A DNA stretch of 56,592 nucleotides, counting the filler, from Basidioascus undulatus (Eukaryota), in assembly GCA_000826855.1 (NCBI GenBank). It is 6 parts of 6 records of this genome, joined end to end, with 100 filler letters (N's around TTAATTAATTAA, not from the genome) between each part and the next. Parts side by side here need not be neighbours in the genome. Positions count along the whole stretch, not along the records: positions 1 to 9,383 come from JTLS01001258.1; positions 9,484 to 18,853 come from JTLS01001259.1; 4 more parts are not named here. One strand, given 5' to 3'. Shown one piece after another: positions 1 through 13,210 of the stretch. The notes under the pieces are model-generated. The model made no database searches. It was not told the DNA's origin and saw nothing but the letters and a program-made list of their open reading frames with translations. A program made the translations under genes and the position numbers. Numbering within the stretch: position 1 is the stretch's first letter; each line of letters starts with the position of its first letter.

Positions 1-3000
1 CCCCTCCTCCGAAGTGCACGCGCACCTGCGCCTGCTTTTCTCCAACGAGCCGCAGCTCACCGCGCTCCTCTTCGCGCGGCACGGGCCCTTCCCCACATCC
101 TCCGCCTCACCCAGCATGTTCTTCATGACCGTCATCCCCGTCCCGCCTACGCGCTTCCGGCCTGCCGCGAGGATGGGCGACGGCCCGCTAATGGAGCACC
201 CGCAGAACGAGCTGCTGTCCGCGGTGCTGCAGACGTCTTTCCGCGTCCGGGACTTGAACGATGAGCTGCGGTCCTTAGGCGCCAAGGGTCAGGGGGGAGG
301 GAAGGAGAGCAAGGAAAAGAGGGACCGCACGTACGCCCAGTTGCTCGAGGCGATCATTACCCTCCAGCACGGTGTCAACTCGTTCATGGACTCGAGCAAG
401 AACCCCGCGCGCTTGCCGGCGGGCAAGGAGCCCACGCCTGGCGTCAAGCAGGTCCTCGAGAAGAAGGAGGGCCTGTTCCGGAAACACATGATGGTGCGTC
501 GTGTTCGCTCTCTCCTTTCCCTCCATCCCCCTCTCCCTCCTACCTTCGCGCTCCCCGTTCTCTCGTCGAGAAAGAGATGGTATGGATGCTGATGCGTGCT
601 CGTTGGGAAACCAGGGCAAGCGCGTCAACTACGCCGCGCGCTCCGTCATCTCGCCCGACGTCAACATCGAGACGTCCGAGATCGGCGTGCCGCCCGTGTT
701 CGCGAAGACGCTCACGTATCCGGAGCCGGTCACGCCGCTCAACGTCCAGGAGATGATGCAGCTCGTCAAGAACGGGCCGAACGTCTATCCGGGCGCGAGC
801 ATGATCCAACATGAGGATGGGCGGCTGGAGTCGCTGGTGGGTCCCTCCTCGGATTCGTTAGGGGAAATGCAGGAGAAGGGGAAACTGACGTTGGGGCGCT
901 TGGGGTTGGGGTTCACAGGATAAGAAGACGCCCGAGCAGCGCGCGGCGATCGCGAACCAGCTCCTCACGCCGTCAGAGAACCGTGGCAGCGCGGGCGGCG
1001 CGAGCGGGGCGCCGACGACGCGCACGCAGGCGATCAACAAGAAGGTCTACCGCCACCTCCGCGACGGCGACGTCCTCCTCCTCAACCGCCAGCCGACGCT
1101 CCACAAGCCGTCGATGATGGCGCACAAGGCGCGCGTCCTCAAGGGCGAGCGGACCATCCGCATGCACTACGCGAACTGGTGAGTCGCCGGCTGGCTGGCT
1201 TCGAGGTCTAAGATACAACAAGGATGGGGGCTTATGGTGCGTGGTGGTTGTGGGGGAACAGCAAATCCTACAACGCCGACTTCGACGGCGACGAGATGAA
1301 CATGCACTTTGCGCAGTCGGCGATCGCGCGCGCCGAGATGATGCTAATCGCCAACAACGACAATCAGTACCTCGTCCCGACGTCCGGCAAGCCGCTCCGC
1401 GGTCTTATCCAGGATCACGTCGTCTCGGGCGTGTGGATGACGGCAAAGACGACCATGTTCGACCGCGACGAGTACTTTCAGCTCATCTACGGCGCGCTCC
1501 GCCCCGAGGACGACTATTCCGGCGGCGGACGCGTCATCACCCTCCCGCCCGCGATCTGGAAGCCCAAGCCGATGTGGACCGGCAAGCAGATCGTGCGTTC
1601 CAGTTCCTCACAGAAAATGTTGAAGGGGAATTGCGAGACTGACTGAAACGGGATCGTGCCGCAGATCTCCACCGTCCTCGCCAACATCACGCCCGACAAC
1701 GCCAAGGGCCTCAACCTCCACTCGAGCGCGAAGGTCAAGGCCGAGTACTGGCCGGCGTGGGGTGCGGAGGAGAACAAGGTCGTCTTCGCCGACGGCGAGC
1801 TCGTCTGCGGCATCCTCGACTCGTCCCAGTTCGGCAACACGTCGTACGGTCTCGTCCACGCCGTGCACGAGCTTTACGGCCCCGCCATCGCCGGCAAGCT
1901 GCTCTCGATCCTCTCCCGCCTCTTCACCAAGTTCCTTCAGCACCGCGCGTTCACGTGCCGGATGGACGATCTTCTGCTCACACCCGAGGGCGACGCGGAC
2001 CGGCAGAAGATACTCGACGAGACCAAGAACTCGGGGACGGAGGCCGCATTCGAGAACGTCGGCCTGTGCGGCGAGGACGCGACGGGCCCGAACGCGGCGC
2101 GCAACCTCCGCGTCCGCCTCGAGGAGGTCCTACGCGACGACCTCAAGCTCGCCGCGCTCGACTCAGACATCTCCGCCAAGGCCGAGGAGGTCAAGTCCAA
2201 GATCCTCGGCAAGACGCTCCCGCACGGCCTCGCGCGCCGCTTCCCGCACAACCACTTCCAGGCCATGGTCCTCACCGGCGCTAAAGGCTCCAACGTCAAC
2301 GCGTCCCAGATCTCGTGTCTCCTCGGCCAGCAGTCGCTCGAGGGCCGCCGCGTCCCCGTTATGGTCTCGGGCAAGACGCTGCCGTCGTTCAAGGCGTTCG
2401 AGACGGACGCGCGTGCGGGCGGGTTCGTCGCCCAGCGCTTCCTCACGGGCATCCGCCCGCAGGAGTACTACTTCCACTGCATGGCCGGTCGCGAGGGCCT
2501 GATCGACACCGCCGTCAAGACGTCGCGTTCCGGGTACCTCCAGCGCTGTCTCATCAAGCACCTCGAGGGCATCCGCGTCCACTACGACCACACCGTCCGC
2601 GACTCGGACTCATCCGTCATCCAGTTCCACTACGGCGAGGACTCGCTGGACGTCACGAAGCAGACGTACCTCGACAAGTTCGATTTCGCGCTCCGCAACT
2701 ACGAGTCCATGGCCCGTCGGTACAATCCCAAGGCGCTCATCGGCAAGGTCGATGAGGACAAGGCGGTGGAGCACATGAAGAAGGCGCTCCGCAAGCCGCA
2801 CAAGTACGACCCGACCATGAGCCTCTACTCGCCCTCCCGCTTCCTCGGCTCCACGTCCGAGAAGTTCGCGCGCAAGATCGACGAGTACGCGGATGCGAAC
2901 CCGGCGAACTTGCTCGCGAGCAAGAAGGCATCGGAGGAGGCCGAGGCAAAGAAGCGCGGAGGCGCGTTCGCGAAGCCGAAGCAGTTCAAGAACCTCATGC

Positions 3001-5012
3001 GCACCGTCTACGCGCGCAGCCTCGTCGAGCCCGGTGAGGCCGTCGGTCTCCTTGCCTCGCAAGGGTTAGTCTTGTTCGGCTTTCTTGTGGTCTGGGCGTG
3101 TCCGCTGACTTGCGTTTGCGCCTCGCAGTGTAGGTGAGCCGTCCACGCAAATGACGCTCAACACGTTCCACTTTGCCGGTAAGTCCCGGCTGTTCCTGTC
3201 GAGCGTTATTGTCTCGGCTAAGCGCGCCGCGCCGCAGGTCACGGTGCCGCCAATGTCACGCTCGGTATCCCGCGTCTGCGTGAGATCGTCATGACGGCCT
3301 CGGCCAACATCAAGACGCCGACGATGAAGCTCCCGATCAAGCAGGACGTGACAGAGGCGCAGATGCAGACGTTCTGCAAGGACGCGAGCCGCCTCACGCT
3401 CTCGCAGACCGTCGACGAGGTCACCGTCACCGAGTCGCTCTCGGCCAAGACGTCCGAGAACGCGTTCTCGCGCCGCAAGACGTACGCGGTCAAGCTGGCG
3501 CTCTTCCCGCCCGAGGAGTACCGCGCCGAGTACAACGTCGAGCCCGCGCAGGTCTTCGCCAGCATGCGCTCCTTCGCCGCCATCCTCGACCGCGAGATCA
3601 CGACCGAGCTGCGCAAGGTCACGCGCGAGCAGACCGGCTCCGCAGCCAACATCGGCAAGGGCATGGCGATGCGCGAGCGCCGCGGTGGCGCGGAGGCGGG
3701 TGAGGAGGACGAGGACGTGCCCGTGCGTGGACGTGGCAACGACGAGGACGAGACGGGCGACGGCGATGCGGACGAGGCGCGGCGCGTGGGCCAGTCCAAG
3801 GAGCAGGCGAGCTACTCGGACGACGAGCCGGACGGGCCTGGCGACCCCGACGACGTCGAGGGCATGTTCAACAAGGGCGCGCCGCGGAGAAGCGGGCCGG
3901 ACGAGGACGACGAGATGGACGAGGACGAGGACCTCGACGAGGAGGCGCAGGCCGAGCTCCGCGCGAAGGCCATCAGCGAGCGCCTCACCACGCTCGAGGA
4001 GGACATTGTCGCGAAGTCGCACTACATGACGAAGCTCTCCTTCGACCGCTCGGGCAAGGCGATTGACTTTGAGCTGGAGGTGCGTCTCTCGCTATTTCTA
4101 CCTCAATCGTGAGGCGCTTTGTTGACATTCTGTTCGGTCTGCAGTTCTCTTCTAAGGCGCTCAAGCTGCTGCTCGTCGGTATCATCGAGGCGGCATGTCG
4201 CAAGGCCGTCGTCCACGAGATTCCCGGTATCTCGCGTGCTCTGCTTCTTGCGCCCGAGAAGGGCAAGGACGGCAAGCCTCTGCCTTACGTGAGTCGTGCA
4301 TGCCGTGTCTGCAGCTTGCGGAGCGCGATACTGAACGTGGCGGGGCGGGCAACAGCGTACGATCCAGACCGAGGGCAACAACTTCCTCGGCATGTGGTGG
4401 TTCGGCAAGGACATTGTCGACATCGACAAGATTTACAGCAACGACATCGATGCTATCCGCCGGACGTACGGTGTCGAGGCTGCGCGCGCGGCCATCATCA
4501 ACGAGGTCGGAGGTGAGTCGGATGCGGAAATGTCGTCTCCAGCGGCGTGCTCATGAGCTGTGCGCTGACCATCTCGTTTGCAGCCGTGTTCGGCGTTTAC
4601 GGTATCGACGTCAACTTCCGTCATTTGAGTCTGTTGGCCGACTACATGGTGCGTGCTTCCGCTCTGCTTCTCCAGCTTTACCGAAGATCTTCTTTCTAAC
4701 AGCCGCCGTTTCTCAGACTTTCGACGGCACCTACCGACCATTCAACCGTACTGGCATCGCCAACAACGTCAGCACCCTCGCGAAAGCCAGGTCAGTGTCG
4801 TCTGACCGCCTCTCGTGCCCCGCATGCGCTTACCCCCCCCTTCCACCTCCAGCTTCGAGACTACCAGCACCTTCATCGCCGAGGCCGCGCTGCACGGCGA
4901 CTTCGACACGCTCGAGAACCCGTCGGCGCGTCTCGTCGTCGGTCTGCCGACCTTCGTCGGGTCTGCCTCCAACTTTGAGGTCGGCCTGCCCGCCGTTGCC
5001 GCTGCTGCTTAG
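1..5012 (+). CDS. RPA1: RNA polymerase I largest subunit (A190), 5'-truncated at window/contig start; about 11 introns visible
   Basis: Spliced translation gives [42 protein letters not shown], the catalytic [35 protein letters not shown] and [16 protein letters not shown]. It has a Pol I-type acidic insertion (~3690-3950), no CTD heptads and a TAG stop at 5010-5012. GT-AG introns include 494-614, 837-918, 1179-1261, 1593-1664 and 3065-3128. Confidence 0.97.
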
Positions 5013-5769
5013 ATTTCGGTTGTCTCTCGTTTTGATTGTCTGTTGCGTTGCCGCTGCCTGTACTTTTCCATTGTATACCCATCGCATTTGCATGGTTTCT
5101 ATCAAGCTCTGAGAGTCTTGGTGTGTTGCCCTTGGGCGGCCGACGGGACTCTCATACCCTTCCATAATGTCCGCTCTTGCTACGCCTCTGGCTCCAGTCA
5201 TTGCTGTTCTGAATCTGGCAAACAGTTACTATTAACTTCATTCGTTCTTGTCTGTAGGCAACCTGGTCAGACCAAGGGCGACCGAGGATTGCAGACCCTG
5301 TCGCCTGTCCGGTTGACGGTCCCATTTCGAGCTGGTGCGGAGCCCAGAGTCTACCTAGCTAGCGAATATTCCTTTGCCGGATTGTTGGAAGAGCGGCGTG
5401 GAGCTCCAGCGTTTTCGAAGTGGGGCTCCAAGGTATCTCCGGTCGAGTCGGACTTGACAGCCGTCACGCCTTTGCCTCCCCAAACGACCACCGTTTCGTG
5501 TGCTGGCGCTGTACTGTCCCACACTGCACAGTGAAGGGCACTGTTGGTCAGCTGATCGCGATGACGCGTATCGTGCTTCCTCTACTTCAGGTACATTGAT
5601 CACATGTAGATGGTTGAGCGGGCCCAAGCAATAGACGGAAATATCGCATAGCCACGCGCTCGGAGAAGACGCCGGCGGCCTCTTAAAGGACGAAGTTGGT
5701 GATGATGATCGCCCACCTCGAACCTACTCTGCACTCAAAGACTCAATCACACTTCAAACCTGCCACGAC

Positions 5770-8700
5770 ATGGACAAGAAAGACTTATTTCAAGAGAAAG
5801 GCGCCACCGTCGAGCATCTAGAAGACACAAGGTCGCGGTCACCCTCTTCCATCCCTGCCGTCGACGAAGTCGCCGCGCTTCTCAGGGACCCGGATGCTCT
5901 GGCAGCTTCTTATGGGCCAGGTGGTGCGGGATTTCTAAGAAAGTACTCATAGATCGATTGGAAACTCACCTTGTTCTCATGCAGGCATGAAAGCTATCAT
6001 GCGCTCGCGCGTGGTGGTGTGGGTGGTCCTCGCAGGTTGTATACCCTTCTGGCAAAGCTGACGCATCTCTTTCTTCAGGCTTTGCGCTGCCATGGCGTCT
6101 TTTGGAGGCTTAACCTTCGGGTATGTCGGTTAACACTTCTGTGTGGCGGCGCAAGGAACTTACAACCAAGTCGGGCTCGGGTAGATATGATCAGGGTAAG
6201 TGCGAGGCGAGCTGTAACATGAGTTTTTTCTAATCAGACCGGTTGCTGACCGGTCGGACGGTCAGGGGTTATCTCGGTGACGCTGGTCATGGACCACTTC
6301 CTGAAAACGGTCCCCGAGATTGCGGATGGGAACGCGGGCTCCGGTTTCAACAAGGGTGAGCAACAGCCCATTATTCTCAGAGAAGTTCAACAACTGAAAA
6401 CGTCAATGCCAGGCTTGTTGACTGCGATTTTGGAGCTCGGGGCAATGATCGGTATAGTTTGACATTCCCGGTTACGGCTTGCTTCCGTTTGAAGAAGACG
6501 CTCACAAGCGGCTCCAAGTCTTCAGGCGCAATGCAGACGGGTTTGCTCGCGGATCGTTTCTCTCGGAAGAAGACGTTGATGATCGGCTGCATCTGGTAAA
6601 GCGGAAGTCCCAAGCATTGTTTTCAGGGGCTGACAGAAGTGTTTACCACCACACAGGTTCGTCATTGGATCGGTTATTCAAACTGCGACGTACACGTACG
6701 CCCAGCTTGTCGTCGGCCGCTTCCTCGGGGGAGTCGGCATTGGCCTACTTTCCTGCACTGCGCCGCTTTACATTTCAGAGGTGCGATGCATCTAGTATCC
6801 CTTCAAGACATTCGCTGATGAATCCCTGCAGGTCGCGCCCCCGAACGTCAGGGGAGCTGTTTTGGTTCTTGAAGAATTGATGTGAGTTGCTGTGCAGCAT
6901 GCTCGAAGTGGGGGATATCTGAACCATCAATCCTGCGGCGTAGGATCGTCTTAGGCGTCGTATGTTGTGTTCCTCCCCTTACAGCACATCCTCGAGCTGA
7001 CAAGTTCCACTCAAAGATCTTTGCGTACTGGCTCACTTTCGGTGTACCTCGCCCGTCGCCGCCTCACGTTTCCGCTGCTGACGTAACCGTTCTTTGCTTC
7101 TTCTGAAAAGACACGCTATGTGGACAGCGAGCTCTCGTGGAGGCTGCCGTTCGGTTTGCAGATCCTGGTCAGTTCGCTCCCCAGGGTTACCTCATCCCGG
7201 GCTGTGCATTAACAGAAACTGCACCTCCAGCCCGGCATCATTCTCTTTTTCGGGATGATGTTCGTGCCCCACTCCCCGCGCTGGCTCGCTATGCGCAGGC
7301 GGGACGAGGAAGCATTGGTAGCGCTGAGCAAGCTCCGGCAGCTGCCGCCCACTGACGTCCGCGTCCAGGCGGAGCACCTCTCCGTCCTCGCGGAGGTCAA
7401 GGTCAACCAGGAGACGCAGCGCATCCGGCACCCGAGCCTTCAGAGCGGCGGCATGCTCCATCTGATCAAGCTCGAGGCTGCCAGCTGGGCAGACACCTTC
7501 CGCAGCGGCTGCATTAAGCGGACCCACATGTGCGTACATCAGCGCATCAACTCTGACGAATGCGAAGACAACGCTGACAGTGGGTCACAGTGGTCTGGGC
7601 ACGACGTTCTTCCAACAGGTAGCCTGTATTAATCACACACTTGATGCGGAAGGATGCTGAGTCCACTGCTATCGGCAGTTCATCGGAATCAACGCTTTGA
7701 TTGTACGGCATTTCTTCATCGTTCGTGGTGAGGTGTGCTGGCTCTGACGAACTGGAAACCACATAGTACTACAGCCCGACGCTATTCGGCAGCCTGGGCC
7801 TAGACCTGGACATGTCCCTCCTAATGTCGGGAATCATGAACACCCTCCAGCTCGTCGGGTGCTTGCCAACGACGCTGTTGCTCGACAAGCTCGGTCGACG
7901 TGCTCTAATGTAGGCCGCTGTCTTCTGGCCCTCTCAAACTTTCTGTGAAACCATCTGCAGCAGAAGATGCTAACCTGTTCATCTCTGTGCCCGGTTGACA
8001 GGCTCTGGGGCAGCCTGATTTGCCTGATCTGCCACCTTATCGTCGCGGCTCTCATCGGTGCGTACGCAGTTCCCCCGCGCGGTTCTGCTCCGGGCTGACA
8101 CGCTCTCATAGGTGCCTATGGAAACGACTGGCCCAACCACGAGGCGCAGGGATGGGCGGGGATTGCGTTTGTTTTCGTGTTCATGCTGGCTTTCGGCGGT
8201 ACTTGGGGGTGAGTGATGAGCCAGACTTGCTACATCCCCCTTCCTTGCGTAGAGGCTTACGCGGCGGCGGTGTACAGGCCCGTCGGATGGGCGTTGCCAG
8301 CCGAGCTGTTCCCCTCGAGCTTGCGCGTGAGTAACTTGTTGATCAGAGTGCTTAGACAGCTGCTTACGAATCGTGACTGCAGGCTAAGGGAGTGTAAGCC
8401 AGCGATACGCACCAGGTCATTCAGAGCCCCTTGAGCTGAGCACGTCTTCTTGCAGTGCAGTCTCCACCACGTGCCTGTGGTTCAGCGTAAGCCACCTTCG
8501 ACCCTTCAAGGGCTCACACCTCACCCAGTTTCACCCGTTTGTTTTTCAGAACTTTCTGGTCGGCCTCATCACCCCACCGCTGAACGACGCCGCCCAGTAC
8601 GGCGCGTTCACCTTCTACGCAATCTTCACCTTCCTGTCACTCGTCTGGAGTACGTCATCTCTCTTCCTCTTTCACCCACCCCCCCCGTTCTTTTCCCTTT

Positions 8701-8966
8701 CTGACCCTTTGGTCTCGCACACAACAGCCTTCGTGTTCGTCCCTGAAACGAAAGGTCGCTCGCTCGAGGACATGGACCGCATATTCCATGACTCGACAGG
8801 GCACCAGGATGCCGAGTGCGTATTCTTTTAAACTCTTATGGGACGGCTGGGACGACTTATTTCTGAACCACTGGGTGGCTGGTGCAGGCGCCGCTCGGCC
8901 ATTCTCTCTTCTTTGCTGTACGGGGGTGATTCCAAGCCTGTGCGCACGGATGGGCTTTCTGAATAA
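5770..8966 (+). CDS. MFS sugar porter family transporter, about 24 exons / 23 introns
   Basis: Manual splicing gives FGGLTFG-YDQG, ADRFSRK, GRFLGGVGIG, PLYISEVAPPNVRG, WRLPFGLQ, PHSPRWL, FFQQFIGINALIYYSP, DKLGRR, WGPVGWALPAELFP and FVPETKGRSLEDMD. ATG at 5770, TAA at 8964-8966. Confidence 0.93.
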
Positions 8967-9383
8967 TTTGGATGCATCGTTTGCGCATTCCTGATTGTTG
9001 AGTGTGGATTGAACGGCCCTTGAGAATGGTGTGATTCTCCCGGAAAGGTTGAGACATAGTCCGCCACAGTAGAGTGCAAAACTGTTTGGCTGAGGAAGGG
9101 CAGAGCGCGCAAGATTAGCTTCCGCTTGCGTTCCAAATGTTGGTATCTTTCATGAATTGTGTAGATTGCAGTACCAATCTCAGAGGATGCTGCGAAGATT
9201 TACAGGCAGTAAGCGCCCACGTGCACAACACAGTCGCGTTAATACAGCCCAGTGCGAGCGGTCAAGTGAATATAGATTGAGACATGAATCTTAGGCTGTC
9301 CGTCGGCGTCCGCTCGCTGTAGGCACGAACGCGCTACCTACAGGCATGTTTCAGCGTCCGCAAAGCAGAGTGATACGTGTACG

Positions 9384-9483
9384 NNNNNNNNNNNNNNNNN
9401 NNNNNNNNNNNNNNNNNNNNNNNNNNNTTAATTAATTAANNNNNNNNNNNNNNNNNNNNNNNNNNNNNNNNNNNNNNNNNNNN
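9384..9483. other. Artificial contig linker (44 N + TTAATTAATTAA + 44 N)
   Basis: Exact 100-nt block with stop codons in all six frames, repeated five times in the window. Confidence 0.98.
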
Positions 9484-10474
9484 GGGCGCGAGCACGCATC
9501 CGGAGCAGACGAAGGACTCGAAGCGCGAGCGCGGGAGGCGGAGGGGCGGGCCGGCGTCTTCGTCGTCCGAGTCGGGGTCATCGGTAAGAGGCGACGGAGC
9601 AGACGTGGATGCGGGCTCCGGCGCGGAATCCGCGTTGGAGGTGGAGGAGGCATTGGTGTTCGGTGGGGAAGGGAGGCGGAGATTGAGACCTGTTGAGAGA
9701 GTCGTCAGCCTTCTGCCAGCGCGGCTGATGATGGGCAGGGGCATACACGTTTCATGGAACCAATCCTAGCAGCCCAGTCATCAACATCATATCCCTCTCA
9801 CTCCTTTTGTCTCCCATAAAAAGGAGCGCACCTCGCAAACGACACACTGACATCCCAGAAGCGCATCAGTTTCCATCTCGGGGTGCGGCTTGCTCGTACG
9901 AACGCACCTGGTACATGTTTTCATCACATTCCTGCGGGTCATAGTCCTGGTCGCAGTCGCAAAAGCGCCCCTCAAAGTTGTGGTTGTAGCTGTTGGTGGT
10001 GACGGGCGGCTTCGGGGGAACCGAGGATGGGTGAAGGGCGCAGCGGTACATGGAGGAGAGCCTGGAAGTCGGACACTCGCCTGTTCGTGATGGTGGCTTA
10101 AAGATCAGGTTCTTTTCGCCCGGGTAATGAAAGCCGGCTCACAAGTGAAGTTCCGCTTAGGAAACAGCTCGACGAGATCATGATCTGCGCCACGGCCACT
10201 GACTTTCAGCGCTCGACGGCACCTCATCGTTCCATAGCCCTACTGGCGGACCTCCATGACAGCTGATACTGCACCCCGCGCATATTCCCGCCTGTACTTT
10301 GCAGGTCTTGCACCAGTACACGGGCTGGCGCAGCGGACCAAGGTCGTACGTGCACTTGTCCGTCTTGAACGGCAGCACCTCGCGCGCCTCCCGCTCGAGC
10401 GCCGCTTGCGCTGCGAGGTACGCCTCGGCGGTGACCGTCCCCTCGGGCGCTTTAGCTGGGTCTTCGTTGGCCAT
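9484..10474 (-). CDS. UBR7: UBR7/Mlo2-like UBR-box + PHD-like zinc-finger protein, 3'-truncated at contig edge
   Basis: MANEDP...LEREAREVLPFKTDKCTYDLGPLRQPVYWCKTC...GICAGCSISCHG, then DHDLVELFPKRNFTC, NSYNHNFEGRFCDCDQDYDPQECDENMYQ and a DWFHETC segment, across GT-AG introns. Confidence 0.88.
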
Positions 10475-11076
10475 ATTCGAACAACAGAGAGAGCAGTCGG
10501 GAGGATGGAAGATAGAGGGCGAACGCAATGAAACTGTGTGGTAAGACGCGTCGCGGAGGCGCGTCGGGGGGTGTAGGGGCGAGGAGTGGTGAGTTTGTTG
10601 CAGGTGGCTGGGTCGCCAATCAGTTGGTGAACATGCCTGCCGTGAGATTTCAGTTGTCAACGTCTCAAAAGGAATAAAATTCCTAAACTCTTAAGAGACA
10701 ATACTTTTGATTCGGACCCAGTTCACATGGTAAGGACGTCCACAGGGTGAAAGTTTTCATACTGCACAGCTATCCTCGGCGCAGTCCTGCACTCAATGTT
10801 AACCCCAGGTTCCAGGCCACCAAGAAAACAGGCATGTCTGACTGCTTTCCAAACCCCGGTCATTCCAAAATACCGTGTTGTCGAGAGCGGAATCAAACTT
10901 TGTACAGCGGGACTTGAGGGCGGGACGGCTAGCGAGTTGTCGTCGTCCCACAGTTCCGACGACGCCAGACTCCCCAAATGAAGCACCTCTTCGGATTAAG
11001 CCCTTTAAAAGTGATACAATTACCCACCCTTCCACAATCATCACCGCGCACAGAAGAGGCGCCCACGTCCGTCATA

Positions 11077-11366
11077 ATGCACGCCGCAAACCCACACATT
11101 CCGACAACCCCCACACGCACATGTGCCTCGAGCTCCCACTGCCTCATATCCAGAGGTTGATTGGTACCCTCGGCAATTCAATTATCATACCTGCAGGAAC
11201 TCTGGTGGATCGCACGGCGCATAAGGAGGCTTTCATTGTCCTTGGCGGGCTATCCGAGGTTCTCCTTGTTGGACAAGCGCGTGAACCTAGTTGTGGGCGG
11301 TCCAAGGCAGGGCAGAGGAGAGTTGGAGATGGCGAGGAGAAAGGACATGTCGAGGGTGCGCGGTAG
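11077..11366 (+). pseudogene. Array copy A: small two-helix membrane protein, frameshifted
   Basis: MHAANPHIPTTP... stops at TGA 11158-11160. The homologous segments RTAHKEAFIVLGGLSEV and GELEMARRKD lie in different frames. Confidence 0.7.
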
Positions 11367-12148
11367 AAGGATGCAGGGTACCGAGCAGCCATGCCGCGCT
11401 GTTGTTCTGACTATCAGTTTAAATGATATAGGAGAGTTGGCTGTAGACAACGCACCAATTTCCCTTCATGTGCATGATGGTCTGGCTGTTGAGAACCAGC
11501 ATCGGCAGCAGCCGTCTTAACCTTGTCGTACTCCTAATTCTAACTTCTAACTCCAAACCCAACACCAACCACCACGTATCGGACCCAATAGTTGTTTTAC
11601 CATACGTTCAAGGAAAAAGCCTGTCACGGTTTATGAGCAGTATCCTTAGAATGGCCCATGCTTCACAAGCGCAACGCATGAGCACCACAGGCAACTGGCC
11701 CTCCCTGCCCCCCTCGAAGCGCCACGATCTGTGACATTCTATTTCGTAACTTTTCATATTGAAGGCCACATCTCCTTTAAGATATTTTGAGATCGGTGTG
11801 GCACCAGTCGCATGGAGAGGACATCCAGAGGGGTGAAACATCAACACGTTGCGCGGCAGTCACAGGAGGCTCGAGTCCGTCAGTCGAGAACACCAAAAAA
11901 ATAGGCAACAGCCATAGATCCTTGAAAAGTTCAAGGCTACAAAAGCATCGTCCGTTGTTTGAGGTGGAATCGGATGTTACACAGCGGGATTTCATGGGGG
12001 TTGGAAGCGACGTGCTGGCGTCCCGCACTCTAAACCAGAGTCCAGAAGTTAGTCTTTTTCGGATACGACTTCTCAAATTTCCTCACGAAAAATCGCATCT
12101 CCGTAATCACCCGTGCGGCAGACATCTTGTTCCGCCGTCCTCACCCTC

Positions 12149-12424
12149 ATGCATGTCCCGGACCTGCCCGCCTCGACCCCAACCACCACACCCAGACGGA
12201 CCGTGTCCCCCTGGCTCATACTCGAACCAGTGTTTATAATGTTGGGCAGTGCAGGCGGCATAATTGAAGGGGTACTGTCCGTCCGCACGGCGCACACGCT
12301 ATCGGGCGGCTCCTACCGCGACGGGTTCTTGACGTTCAGCATCGCGATGATCGTCTTGGGCGGGCTGCTGGAGGTCTTGGAGGTTCTGTGCTGCATCGGG
12401 GTTTGGTTGAGAATCCTGGGGTAG
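12149..12424 (+). CDS. Array copy B: small two-helix membrane protein (91 aa), probably C-terminally truncated by a premature TAG
   Basis: MHVPDLPASTPTT...WLILEPVFIMLGSAGGIIEGVLSVRTAHTLSGGSYRDGFLTFSIAMIVLGGLLEVLEVLCCIGVWLRILG*. Homology continues in frame after the stop (RGRGPFSEG...KLKMARRK). Confidence 0.65.
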   Translation: MHVPDLPASTPTTTPRRTVSPWLILEPVFIMLGSAGGIIEGVLSVRTAHTLSGGSYRDGFLTFSIAMIVLGGLLEVLEVLCCIGVWLRILG

Positions 12425-13210
12425 CGTGGAAGGGGCCCGTTCAGCGAAGGGAAAGTGGTGGGGGGAGGAAAGTTAAAAATGGCGAGGAGAAAGGCTAGAG
12501 GAATGCCTTACTGTTGTTCTCCTGTCAGTGGGAATCATACAGAAGAAGTATCGGTGGATTAAACTAAAGCGACAATTGAAATTCCGCTGCATGATGTTTG
12601 GATGTTAAGAACCAGCTGCTCATCGTCAAGAATCATGCTTACCTTGCCGCATTGTTCCTCGCTTCAAAGCCAATGCCAGCAACCATATATTGGATAAACG
12701 TTCGTGCTTTGCGTTCCATAGCAATCAGCTAACCACAGTTATGTGTAGTACGCTCTGAATAGTGCATTCGCCTCCAAAACGCAAATGTTAATGTCGAGAA
12801 CCGTACACCCTGCTTTTGACACCTCCCCTTCCTTGCCGAGGCCATCTCCACCCTCTCCCCTCTGAAGACCCACGATCTTTCGCGAAGTCCGTGCACTGTT
12901 GTGAACAGACCTTCAGGAGGACCATGTTAGAAGGAGGCACAAGACGGTCACTCCACGTTCATCCGAAGTTCAACAGAAGAGAAGAAGACAGTGGTGTAGC
13001 AAGGGCAATAAGTTTAAGGTACGCAAGTGCGTTTTCTGTGGCGGAATCAAAATTCACTACACAACGGGATTGATGGCGGCATGGTTGGCGTATTGCCGTC
13101 TTCTCGCATCTCCGACGACACACCTCTTCTGATAAGCCCCTTTACGAGGCCGCACATCCTCCACATCACCACACATTCATCACCTCGACACAGCGCCCAC
13201 GTCCTTCCTC

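Noticed and set aside
275..4022. Long antisense and alternate-frame ORFs over RPA1 (and similar ones over the GATA gene)
   Set aside because: Shadow ORFs caused by high third-position GC; no independent motifs.
9428..9439. Regularly spaced TTAATTAATTAA palindrome (about every 9.4 kb) as a biological repeat
   Set aside because: Always embedded in 44+44 N; it is an artificial six-frame-stop linker.
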